NCBI RefSeq assembly: GCF_009914755.1 | Contig: NC_060940.1 | Reading direction: 5' to 3' (one strand) | DNA: 64,000 nucleotides | DNA from: the human T2T-CHM13v2.0 reference genome, Homo sapiens | Part shown: positions 16,538-48,899 of the stretch, one piece after another | Layout of the letters: the number at the start of each line of letters is the position of its first letter | How positions within the stretch are numbered: position 1 is the first letter of the stretch | Translations under genes and position numbers: made by a program | The notes under the pieces: generated by a model | The model's input: the letters and a program-made list of their open reading frames with translations, nothing else | Databases searched by the model: none | What the model was told of the DNA's origin: nothing

Positions 16538-16864
16538 TTACAATACCCACTTCCCCAGAAGTGGGCATATGACACACAGCTAGGCCTATCAAAATTCTTT
16601 TCTCAGATTTTACATGAGAGGTAGGGAAAGCTCTTCATTTTCTAGGAATTGGTAAATTGGGCAAATGTAAGATCAGAGTTGTCTCCAACTATGTCCCACT
16701 CTCTACTCCACTCTTCCATCACAGGAGTGAGCCTGTTTACAAGAGGACAATATACTCAAGTCTTGACAACATGTTTGGATCTCCAAGGCCAGTTTATGTA
16801 AGGCAATATTTTTTTAAGAGTTAATTTTAAAAATAGTTTTATATAATTTAAAATTAATAAATAA

Positions 16865-17017
<153 letters not shown>

Positions 17018-17036
17018 TAAAAATAATTTTAAATAG

Positions 17037-17189
<153 letters not shown>

Positions 17190-17979
17190 TAATGAGTTTG
17201 TGTTGGTTTTTATCTACTTAAAACACAGATTAAAGCAGATCGTAATTTACATTTTCTCCAGGGGCTGATACACCCTCACCATGTGGTATTAAAATGGATC
17301 CAGCATGCACAACAAGATGAATGTACTCAGGACTACTGAGCTGTACACTTAAAAATGGTTATGATGGTAAATGTTTTTTAAAAATTAAAGAAATTTTTTT
17401 ATATTTTAAAAATGGATTTGGGTTCCCTTTTCTCAAGGAACTTGAACTGCCTTCACTTAAATTCTCTTTACATTTCAGTGCTTCTAGAGATAGAGAAATC
17501 AAGGGCATTATTATTGTTAGCACTGCTTTCTAGCCAAAAAGAAACTGAGAGCGATGAAGTATCTTGCCTAAAGCATCACACAGCACAGCTCCTAGGCAGC
17601 AAGGCCAGGACTAGAACCAGCACCCCTTGCCTTCATTATGTTCATCCTGTGCCTTACCTGGCTGAAGAAGAATTTAATAAAAGCTCTTCTAACTTCATGC
17701 AGAAGGCGGAACCTGCACCCTTCTTGACCCCTTTTGACCCCTTACCTCCCACTCATCGTTAAATTTTAAAATGCTGTTCTCTGAAAATTTTACTTCACTC
17801 TAGCGATGGCCCAAACACTCGGAAAAAAATGTAGCATGAGGATGGGGAGCCAGGTTGATAGGTTTTTCACTTAGTTAACTATTTATTGAGTACTCAGAAC
17901 GCACTCGGTGCCAGGGCTAGGCACTGTGGATGAGTAGGGAGTGGGCGAGACAGGGACGAGATGAGCAGGGTCAAGGCCA

Positions 17980-18930
17980 GGGGGTCCCGGGGCGCCGGCG
18001 CTCAGGCTCGGGGTGATCCGCACGGTGGGAGCGGGGCACGGTGATCGCGGCGCGTCTGGGGACGCCCGGCCTGAGGGAGGCTGCCTGTCCCAAGGAGACG
18101 CCCATCGGGGCCGGACCCGAACGCCTCGGAGAAGACTCCCAGCGGGGAGGGGCTCCTCGGCCGTCGCAGGGCCCAGCCGCTAATCCCGCCGGCCGCAAGG
18201 AAGCGGAGAACTCACCGGACACCAGCACTCGCGACTCCACAAACTCCCTCAGCCTCCGGGCCGGAAGTCAGCGGCGCGATTCGCTCCGCCCATTACGCAC
18301 ACCCCTGCGCAGGCCCGCAAGCCGAATTGCCGGACTGCAGCTCCCGGGATGCACTGCGACGGTATTGACAGACGCAGCAACCAATAGACGGTAGAGAATG
18401 CCCTTGGCAGGAGGCGGGCCCTGTCAGTAGTTGTCCTCAGCAGCTAGTGGGCGTCTCCGCAGCGAGTGGCATCGGCCCCGCCCCCAGCCCGTGCTCGCCG
18501 GTGTCGGGTCCTAAGTCCCTCGGTCTTGGGTTCCCGGAGAGGTGAGTCGGCTGCAGGTGGGTGCGGGGCGCCGGGCTGTTCGGGGTACCGGTGTCGCAGT
18601 CGCCAGTCCGAGCTCACACCGGGCGTGGAGTTCAGCTGCGCATCGGGTTGCGGCAGCTTCGCCAGGCCTGGGGCTGGCTGGGCCGCGGGGCCGCCCTGGA
18701 GGCCGGAGCCACTGGGCCTGCGGCGCCTCGGCAGCGAGCAGCCGCTTTGCTCGCGTGCAGGAGGCTGTTCGCTACCTCACACCCCCGGCTGGCGCTGTGG
18801 CCTCGCTTAGCTCTACCGTTTAGCACCCGGCGACATGCACCCGGTCGGTTTCCGCCAGGATGCGGGAGAGTTGGGGCAAGCTACCTGCGACAGCTTGAAC
18901 TTTTCCTAGGGATTCCGCTCCACCCGCCGG
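17980..18930. promoter_or_regulatory. CpG island, bidirectional promoter of ZSCAN32/ZNF174
   Basis: Dense CpG; ETS CCGGAAGT 18261-18268; NRF1-like TGCGCAGGCCCGCA 18306-18319; ZNF143/SBS-like ACTGCAGCTCCCGGGATGCACTGCG 18334-18358; CCAAT 18381-18385; divergent splice donors at 18215 (-) and 18542 (+, GAG|GTGAGT). Confidence 0.9.
18216..18300 (-). other. ZSCAN32: ZSCAN32 non-coding exon 1 (5' end approximate)
   Basis: Consensus donor CCG|GTGAGT on the minus strand at 18216/18215, inside the CpG island just left of the promoter motifs. Confidence 0.7.
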
Positions 18931-19275
18931 TTAGAGCGTATTGCTCATTAAATCCGAGACCTGTGTGCTTGCTACTGAAATAAAAGAAGTATTTTTTCCC
19001 CAGAGTCCTTTTAGGACGTTATGACTTTTCTCCTTTGCAAGACTGCAAAAAACTGACAAGAAGACAAAACTCTTCCCACTCCCAGGGACCGCGTTGTCTT
19101 GAGTTTGGCTAGTAAAGGCTAGCAAGTGAGGCTTTGTCTCTGCATCCCGTTCCCCCTAACATCCTCAGAGAACCTTCGTTTCTAGAATCTTTCTAGTATT
19201 CAGAGACTTCTCCAGGGTCATGATCCCAAAGGCTTAACCCGTTTACAAGGAGAGAGTTGTCTCCTGACGCCCAAA

Positions 19276-19677
19276 ATGGCAGCTAAAATGGAGATAACTT
19301 TAAGCTCCAACACTGAAGCTTCCTCCAAGCAAGAGAGACACATAATAGCCAAACTAGAAGAGAAACGGGGCCCTCCTCTGCAAAAAAACTGCCCAGATCC
19401 TGAGCTCTGCCGCCAGAGCTTCAGACGCTTTTGTTATCAAGAGGTGTCTGGACCCCAAGAGGCGCTCTCCCAGCTCCGACAGCTCTGCCGTCAGTGGTTG
19501 CAACCCGAGCTGCACACCAAGGAGCAGATTTTGGAGCTTCTGGTGATGGAGCAGTTCCTGACCATCCTGCCCCCGGAGATCCAGGCTCGGGTCAGGCATC
19601 GATGTCCAATGAGCAGCAAGGAGATTGTGACCCTCGTGGAAGATTTTCACAGAGCATCCAAGAAACCAAAGCAGTGG
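19276..19677 (+). CDS. ZNF174: ZNF174 first coding exon, SCAN domain
   Basis: Kozak AAAATGG; [11 protein letters not shown]...[62 protein letters not shown]...KPKQW|gtaagg; 134 codons. Confidence 0.96.
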
Positions 19678-19681
19678 GTAA

Positions 19682-21050
<1,369 letters not shown>

Positions 21051-21690
21051 ACTAGCTTATTGTCTTTGGATCAGGAAGTTACAGTTCAACTGGCCAGCGT
21101 TGCCATTGCTTGCCACTCCCCGCCCCGAAGTCAGACCCCAGTCAGGGCCTAGGCAAGAAGCAAACGGCAGGTACTTCGGAAAATAGAACTTGTTAGGGAA
21201 TGAAGGTGGGGTGGTCCTCTTAGACCCCTACTACTACTGGGATCTCCTTACCAGGAAAGCCTTTGGCAGAACAATGTATTAGGTAAGAAGGACTTTTAAC
21301 AGCCCCTCACCATACTGCTTCCTGTTCCTACAGGGCCTATTTCCAGCAGAAGTAGGTGGGGGGTGGTGTGTAGAGTAGGCATCTGATGGCCCAGTGTTGT
21401 GACTGACCCTGATATTTGTGCCAGCAACTACCCTGATGACTTTGACTCTGGCCCTTGAGAAAGGCCCAAGCTTTAGGGGAAGCCACTCGGCTGATTTGTA
21501 GCATCCTCATTCCTGTCATTCTTCACGTTCTCCCCTTTACTTCCTTTGAGGGTTTCAGTGGTTTCTATGAAAGTTGACCTCTAGATGGTTATCAGCAATT
21601 CCCAAGGTAAACGGGTCATTATACAACAGTGAGAGATCAAGCTTCCCTCAGTCCTGATGGATGGAATTAATGGATGGGGCTTGTTCCTAG

Positions 21691-21913
21691 GTGGCCGTTT
21701 GTATGCAGGGGCAAAAGGTGCTCTTGGAGAAAACTGGATCTCAGCTTGGAGAACAGGAACTGCCAGACTTTCAACCGCAGACTCCTAGGAGAGATCTCAG
21801 GGAGAGCTCTCCAGCAGAGCCTTCCCAGGCAGGAGCTTATGACCGGCTGAGCCCCCATCATTGGGAGAAATCCCCACTCCTCCAAGAACCAACCCCCAAA
21901 TTGGCTGGGACAG
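21691..21913 (+). CDS. ZNF174: ZNF174 second coding exon
   Basis: ttcctag|GTGGCC ... ACAG|gtaaac, 223 nt; VAVCMQGQKVLLEKTGSQ...PTPKLAGT. Confidence 0.93.
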
Positions 21914-22173
21914 GTAAACACTCTGCCTTTTCTCTCCCTCTCATCAGCCCTTTATCTCCATCAATGTATCTCATGGTTCTGCAAAGGCATAGACCACATG
22001 TGTGTGTTTTTTTAAATGTTATATATAATAGTAGATGATTATTCACTAAACAAATTTCACTAATTAGGATGGTGGTGATACTACAAGTAAGTATGTTTTT
22101 ATCGTTTTCTGTTAATGAAAATTTAAGAATCCAGTGCATGACAGGGTTGTACCTACTTTTCTGTCCGTTTCAG

Positions 22174-22253
22174 AACTTCTTATAGAAAAGACAGATCCAA
22201 ATATGGCCACAGATGAACTTCCATGCAAGCTATGGCTGAGTTTCATTGCTTAA
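22174..22253 (+). CDS. ZNF174: ZNF174 alternative terminal exon (finger-less 234-aa isoform)
   Basis: Polypyrimidine tract + cag at 22171-22173; in-phase (E)LLIEKTDPNMATDELPCKLWLSFIA*; AATAAA at 22285-22290. Confidence 0.8.
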
Positions 22254-22564
22254 AATGCTCCTCTGTTTAGAGGGGCCTGGTAGAAATAAAAACCCACCCT
22301 ATATCTTATATCTTTGTCCTCCTCTGTGATGTTGCTTGTACTTCAGATCCTCAAATCTATTTCCCTTTCTCTGGTGTGATACTTGTGTAACTGCTGGCCT
22401 TGTTCTACACAGTCCTGTGATCTCTAAGCCTGAATGACAGTGACATTTTGGCCAAGCCTGGTGATGTGAATACAAGATACAGTGAGCACGTTAGGGAGGA
22501 GGGTTACAAGACGACAAAAATCCTCAGTTTCTTAATATTTGCTACATCCAATGAGGTACTTCGT

Positions 22565-24740
<2,176 letters not shown>

Positions 24741-25585
24741 TTATTTACATTTGAATTTAAATGAATTAAAATTAAAAAAAAATTTAAAATTAAGTTCCTT
24801 AGTCACAGTAGTCACATTTCAAGTACCCAGTAGCCACATAGTCACATGTGGCTAGTGGCTGCCATATTGAACAACGTGCATGTGCCTGTGCATGCACGTG
24901 TGCACACACACATTTTCCACATCACAAGGGATCCTTCTCCAGATCCTGTGATTTCCCATAGGCCGTTCCAGCTCATCTCCATCCAGACTGTCAATCCTTC
25001 TGTAATTAGGATACATGGCTAAGCCCTGATTCCAGTTTCTGAACTCATATACTGTCAAATTTGTAATGAAAGAAAACATCACAGTCTCTGAACTTACCAT
25101 CTTTTGAAGAGAAGGTGGTTGTCAATTAGTGTTTACTAAGTGAGGGGTATTTGTTGAAATAGCTCAGGCATTGGACTACAGCAGTAAAATTTGCAATGTT
25201 GAGATTTCACCTCTCTTCCTTCTTCATTAGATACCCAATTCTGATGGGTTTGCTTTTCCCTGTTCTTCATTTCCTAAACCTTTCCCTAAAGGGAGAAAGG
25301 AAGAAGGAGGATGGAGAACTTGGTTCCTAAATTTAATATAAATCACAGTCACCCCAGGAGCCTGCTAACTGTGCAGATTATCAGGCCCAACCCCCCGAGA
25401 TTCTGACCCAGCAGCTCTGGGGGAAGGGTGAAGAGCCTGCTTGTTTAACAAGTGCTCCAGATGAGTCTAATGCAAGTTGCCAGTGGAGGGCCACCCTTTG
25501 AGAAACCTCTCAGAGTATTTCATAACTCTTGCTGAAGTTATTTCTTCCAAGTGCAGAAAATGAAGCATTTTCTTTCTAATTATAG

Positions 25586-26184
25586 AGGCCCCCAGAATGA
25601 GAAGTGACAACAAGGAAAATCCACAACAGGAAGGGGCTAAAGGAGCAAAGCCATGTGCAGTGTCAGCTGGCAGATCCAAAGGGAATGGTCTGCAGAATCC
25701 TGAACCAAGAGGGGCAAATATGAGTGAACCTCGGTTGTCACGGAGGCAGGTCAGCTCCCCAAATGCTCAAAAGCCATTTGCTCACTACCAGAGACATTGC
25801 AGGGTGGAATACATCAGCAGCCCCCTAAAAAGCCACCCACTGAGAGAGCTAAAGAAAAGCAAAGGAGGTAAACGGAGTCTGAGCAACCGTTTGCAACATC
25901 TTGGTCACCAGCCCACCCGCTCAGCAAAGAAACCCTACAAATGTGATGACTGTGGGAAAAGCTTCACGTGGAATTCAGAGCTGAAGAGACACAAGAGAGT
26001 CCACACAGGAGAGAGACCCTACACGTGCGGAGAGTGTGGAAACTGCTTTGGGCGGCAGTCAACCCTGAAGCTGCACCAGAGGATCCACACTGGAGAGAAG
26101 CCATACCAGTGTGGCCAGTGTGGGAAAAGCTTTCGCCAGAGCTCAAACCTTCACCAGCATCACCGACTTCACCATGGGGACTAA
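25586..26184 (+). CDS. ZNF174: ZNF174 last coding exon, three C2H2 fingers
   Basis: tatag|AGGCC; fingers [69 protein letters not shown]. Spliced CDS 402+223+599=1224 nt = 407 aa. Confidence 0.96.
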
Positions 26185-26604
26185 AAGGAGCACTCCATGC
26201 TTTAGATTCACACGGAAGGTGTTTGTGTTTCTCCTCCCCCTTACTTGCATGTAAATCACAAAAACTGTGTGACTTACAAGGAAAGCACGAGGCCCTTGAG
26301 GAATGATGATGCACATTCTGCTGTGAGGAGGCCCAGAAAAGGCCAACCAGGGCCCAACCGTGCATGATGACAGGGTGAAGAGAAGGCAGGTCTGGGCACT
26401 GGGGCAAAGAGAACTTAAGTCTCTGCAGAGAGCAAGGAGTAACTACTGAGAGAGAATCAGGACAATCCTGCAGGTGGCCCGCTTACTGTTAAATCGTCCC
26501 TCTGTTGCTTTATCCTCTAAAATATGTTAAGGGATAAATTCTATATATATAGTTATGCATTTGCTGTCATACCAGACAATTTTTTATCATGAGCACACTT
26601 CTTT

Positions 26605-26610
26605 AATAAA
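26605..26610 (+). terminator. Poly(A) signal of full-length ZNF174
   Basis: AATAAA ~420 nt after the stop, preceded by U-rich sequence. Confidence 0.7.
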
Positions 26611-26819
26611 GATGAGTGATCTACCAGAATTTCAAGGCAAAGTTAATTGGAAAATAGATCCCTCATATTCTTTCTGTAATTACTAGCTGTTTATAGCAAA
26701 GGATGAATTAAATGAGAATATGCACGTTTGTGCGAGAAGAGTTTCCAAGTAGTTAGATGGTGCTTTTACAAAAAGAAAAGAAAATTACATTTGAGGGATC
26801 TTTTTTGTATCAAAGCACC

Positions 26820-30160
<3,341 letters not shown>

Positions 30161-30989
30161 ACATATCCATCTTGAATCAAGTTAGTCAAAGAGCATCTCT
30201 CCTAAAAGAGAAGGACCATAGATTTCTACTTAATTATAAGGGTTGGGGTCAGGCGCAGTGGCTCACACCTGCAATCCCAGGACTTTGGGAGGCCGAGGCA
30301 GGCGGATCATTTGAGGCCAGGAGTTCAAAACCAGCCTGGCCAACATGGTGAAATCCTGTCTGTACCAAAAAAAAAAAAAAAAAAAAAGAATTAGCCGCGT
30401 GTGGTGGTGTGCGCCTGTAGTACCAGCTACTCACGAGGCTGAGGCATGAGAATCTCTTGAACCCGGGAGGCGAGGTTGAAGGAAGGTAGAGGTTGCAGTG
30501 AGCTGAGATCGCACCATTGCACTCCAGCCTGGGCAACAGACCATCCCCAAGCATAGCCTTCCTTTGGTATAAGGCTCAACTCCAGGCCAAGAGGACCAGG
30601 AAGGGTCCAATGGCTACAAGAACCCAAGGTCCTGTACTCAGATGTAAGTTTCCTCTCAGCCCCCGTACCCATGCATGGTCTGCCAGAGGACCTCAGCTGC
30701 TCCAATAGATTGTGATTCTCCGTATCCACCAGTCTGTCTCTACAAATTTTGGGGTGGCTGTTTGCCCTGTGACCTCACTTCTCTTACAGAAGAATTGTTG
30801 GGTTTTTCTGGTTGTTCAGCTTTTTATTTGTCATTAGAATGGAGTGACAACTTTCAAGCTCCTTATATTTGCAACCAGAGACTGGAAGTCACAAGAGTGA
30901 AACACCGTCTCAAAAAAAAGAAAACAGCAGTGAGACAGTGACTCCCTGACCTCACTGGCTAGATGAATTCCTCTTAAACCTTCTCAAAG

Positions 30990-31550
30990 CAAAACATGGC
31001 TCTACTTGGCTGCAGTTGCCCTCTCAATGCAGATCGCAACGAAACCCTCTCAATGCAGATCTCTGCCTTCCCGCCTCAACACTGCACCCGGGAGCCCTCC
31101 TCCAAGGGTCAGTGCCCGATAGGTTTGAGGGCAAGCCCCCGCCAGGGTGAAGCCGCCTCCTCCTCTGGGCCTGGGACGTGCTGGGAGGGAGGGAACGCGG
31201 TCCCCCGGGGAGTCACATGCCCCCATTCCCGGGGTCACCCAGGGACAACGGGCAGGAATAGACAGGTAAGGACCCTGCAGCTGAGCGAGCCCTGTGGCGG
31301 GATGTTCCAGGTAGGCTTTTCCGGAAATCGCCACCGGAGGATAGAACGCTCCTAGGGTGAGGGGCGGGGCCTCGACAGGAAATACCTGAAAGAGTCCCCT
31401 CTGAGTGGGCTGCTTGGCGCCCAGCCCGAGGAATTCTCACCTTCCATTGCCTGGCACAGCTGTCAGGGTGAAGAGGAGGCCGGGCAGCCACGGAGCCCTC
31501 TGGGAATTGTGGTTTTCGTGGGCTCCACGTACTGCTGAGCTGTTGCTTGC
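30990..31550. promoter_or_regulatory. GC-rich intergenic promoter/enhancer-like element
   Basis: GC box GAGGGGCGGGGC 31359-31370, TTCCGGAAAT ~31319, ZNF143-like CTGGGAATTGTGGT ~31500, donor CAG|GTAAGG 31265/31266. Confidence 0.45.
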
Positions 31551-31703
31551 CTGAGACTGTTGAACCTCAAAGGGTGTCCTGGGGTTCATTCATTAAGCTT
31601 GTTCACGCAAATGACAAATATTTATTGACTGTCCACAACACGCCAGGCACCAATAGGGGCTGGAGGCAATATGGTGAACCCGGACGATGCTCATGGTCTC
31701 TTA

Positions 31704-31919
<216 letters not shown>

Positions 31920-32187
31920 TCAGGGAGGCTGAGGCAGGAGAACTGCTTGAACCCAGGAGGCGGAAGTTGCAGTGAGCTAGGATCACACCACGGCACTCCA
32001 GCCTGGGTGACAGAGGGAGACTGTATCTCGGGGGAAAAAAAAAAGAAAAAAGAAAAAAGCCTAGTCTCCAGCAAGGAACACATCTGAATCAAATAATTAC
32101 ACAAAGGCAAAACTGCAACCACACAGCTCCTAAAAGAAATGTTAAAACAGAAATGGCACAATAACAAGTGACTGAGGAAGGATCTAA

Positions 32188-32405
<218 letters not shown>

Positions 32406-33274
32406 TAGTAGAGACAGGGTTTCTCCATGTTGGTTAGGCTGGTCTCAAATGGGTGATCTACCCGCCTTGGCCTCCCAAGGTGCAGGGATTACAGGCGTGA
32501 GCCACTACGCCCAGCCAAAGGTAGGAAGGTCTTTATGCCACCCCCAAACATTCTCTTGCCAGGGCGATCACTTGATGACGACAGCGATTCCTCACAGAGA
32601 TACAACTGACAGCACATCTGCTTTGACTAGCATATTCGAGATAGACCCTATGATTATCTTCCTGGCATTTGAGGAGACTGAGATTCAATAATGTTTCTGG
32701 AGTTTGTACAGCTCATAGGAAGTTGAGAGATGTAACAACACACCTCCAGTGCACCTTCCATCCTGTCTCCTACTGCCTGCCCAACATACCCTACAACCTG
32801 GTCCTATATTTTCTGATGTGTGAAATGTGATGATAATGGTGAAATAATCCAGGAAAAGTGCTTAGCATAGGAGGGCTGGCATAGGACCCGCACTTGAATG
32901 GTGTTAGCCACTTTTATAACTATTCTAATTACCTCTCTGATTCTCTACTCTGATTTAACTATTATTTTTAACCCAAGCACCCATCCTCTCTTCTCCTTCT
33001 TCTCTTTTTTGAGGTAGGGTCTCACTCTGTTGCCCAGGCTGGAGTACAGTGGTACAATCATGGTTCACTGTAGCCCTGAACTCCTGGACTCAAGTGATCC
33101 TTCCTTCACACTTAATCCCTGTGATTTTGGTAGAACTGATACCAACTCCAGGACAGCACATGAGAATCCAACCTGAACAGTCTACTCCATCTTCCTGGCC
33201 ACAGCGTGTACAACACTTAAGATGTACAACATGATATTCTGATATACATATACATAGTGAAATGATTAATATAG

Positions 33275-33751
<477 letters not shown>

Positions 33752-34091
33752 TGATCTGCCTGCTTCGACCTCCCAAAGTGCTGGGGTTACAGGCATGAGC
33801 TACCGCACCCACCCTACTCTGCTTTTATGTATTTGACTTTTTTAGATTTTGTATATAAGTGGGATCATGTAGTATTTTTTCTTTCTATGTCTAGCTTACT
33901 TCAGTTAGCACAAAGTCCAACAGGTTCATTCATGTTGTTGAAAATGGTAGAATCTTTTTTTTTTTTTTTTTTTTTTGAGACAGAGTCTTGCTCTGTCACC
34001 CAGGCTGGAGTGTAGTGGTGCAATCATAGCTCACTGCAGTCACTTGACCTCCCGGAATCAAGTCGTCCTCCCGCCTCAGCCTCCCAAGTAG

Positions 34092-34292
<201 letters not shown>

Positions 34293-34302
34293 TAATGTTC
34301 CG

Positions 34303-34305
<3 letters not shown>

Positions 34306-34342
<37 letters not shown>
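34306..34342 (+). repeat. (TG)n microsatellite
   Basis: About 18 perfect TG units. Confidence 0.97.
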
Positions 34343-34344
<2 letters not shown>

Positions 34345-34417
34345 CCATTTATCTACCAGTGGACACTTAGGTTGTTTTCAAGTCTTGGCTACTGTGAATA
34401 ACGTACCTTAGTTGTAT

Positions 34418-37510
<3,093 letters not shown>

Positions 37511-37585
37511 AAGTTCCATGCAGGCTGGGTGCGGTGGCTCATGCCTGTAATCCCAGCACTTTGGGAGGCCAAGGTGGGCAGATCA

Positions 37586-47130
<9,545 letters not shown>

Positions 47131-47877
47131 TGTCAGTCTTTAAGCTGAAACCAATGGTATAAAAGTGACAGAGCCGTAGTAGTTTCAATCAGTGCATAAT
47201 TTTAAGCATCTACCATGTTCCTGGTCTCTCCTCCCATGGAGACAATGAAATTTTATTAGTTACATAATTAATATTCAATTACAAGCATATTGCTATAAGG
47301 AGGGTAAAACAAAGAATGTAGGAATTGAAAGGGATGTTCCAAGTAAAAGGAAAAGTATGTGCACAATTCTCAAAGAGCTTGGTATGTTTGATGAATTGAG
47401 AGAAAGTGTAGCTGGAGAGGGGTAAGAGAAAAAGAACAGCTGGAGTTGACACTGGCAGGGAAGTAATGACTAGGAAGGTCATGTTGAAAATTTAAATGTC
47501 CCTAAGGACAATGGGAAGCCAATGGAAGGTGTCAAATTGGATGATGAAATCATCATAATCATCTGGTACCTGGCCCTCTAGTTCTGTGCAGCAAAGACTG
47601 GAAAGATGAACATCTAGTGTTGTCTTCCCGCAATAATGCTGGAATTTTCTGCTGAGTTTCAGGGAGCAAACATTTTTTAATACTTCTTTTATTAAATGGC
47701 AGTGTGTTAGCTGTGTTGACAGAGAACAAGTGTGATATGAAAGTCATCAGCGGGCTCTTTCAGGTAACCCAGGTGAGTACTGTTGGATAGGATGGGGACA
47801 GGGGAGACAGAAACATTCAGGTTTTGGTGATACTTTTGAGGTAGAATCCATGAGACTTGATGATTGAGTGGATGTGA

Positions 47878-48445
47878 TGTCTTAGTCTGTTCTGGCTTCT
47901 ATAAAAAGTTACCATAAGCCAGGTAGTTTATAAACAACAGAAATTTTTTTCTCATAGTTCTAGAGGCTAGGAAACCCAGATCAAGGTGCTGGCAGATTCA
48001 TTGTCTGGTGAGGGCCATTTCCACAATGGCACCTTCTTGCTGGGTCCTCACAGGCTCGAGTACAGTGGGCCAATCATAGTTCACTGTAACCTCAACTTCC
48101 TGGGCTCAAGCAATCCTCCTGCCTCAGCCTCCCAAGTAGCTAGGACTACAAGCACCAGCCACCACACCGGGCTAAATAAATTTTTTGAAAAGATGGCGTG
48201 TCGCTATGTTTCCCAGGCCGGTCTTGAACTCCTGGCTTTAAGCAATTCTCACACCTTGGCCTCCCAAAGCACTGGGATTACAGACGTAAGCCACCACACC
48301 CGGCCTGCAGTCTCTTTTATAAGGACACTAATCCCAATCATGAGGGGTCTGCCAAAGTCCCCACCTCCTAATAACATCAGTTTAAGTGTTAGAATTCCAA
48401 CACATGAATTTTTAGGGTACACAAATATTCAAGCCATAGCAAGAG
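47878..48445 (-). mobile_element. MLT1A-like LTR with internal Alu, within L2-like sequence
   Basis: tgtcttagtctgtt...tttataaacaacagaaat...aagccatagca. Confidence 0.7.
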
Positions 48446-48899
48446 GAAAGAGGGAGTGTTTGTTGATAGCATGAGCAATTGTATGGATGTGGCCCCACAT
48501 ACTGGAGGCAAACAGATCAGGGGCTAAAAGCATGAGTTAAGGGCATGTGTTTTGATGCCTGAGAGACATCTAAAAGACGATCTCCTGTAGGCACCTGAAT
48601 GTAGGAATCTGGAGTACATAGAAAAGAAATTGGAGCTAGACCTAAAATGAGGTCTTTGTAGCCATGGAAGTGGCTAAGCTCACCTGGGGAGATACCATTT
48701 ACCAAAGGTAAGCCGAGGGTACATTCCAGCTAACTAGAAGCATGTTAGAATTTGGCTGCAGAGAATGCCAAAAGCCTAAGAGATTGGTACTGGTTCTAAA
48801 GAAAAGACACTCTACCCAGCACAAGTGAGATGTACAAAGTGCCCATTTCAACAAGCCAGAGACACACGTGGTAGTCAGGCCCACAGCTCTGCATTGCCT

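Noticed and set aside
17971-18983. Several 60-140-aa ORFs in the CpG island
   Set aside because: Expected from stop-poor GC-rich DNA; no domain features.
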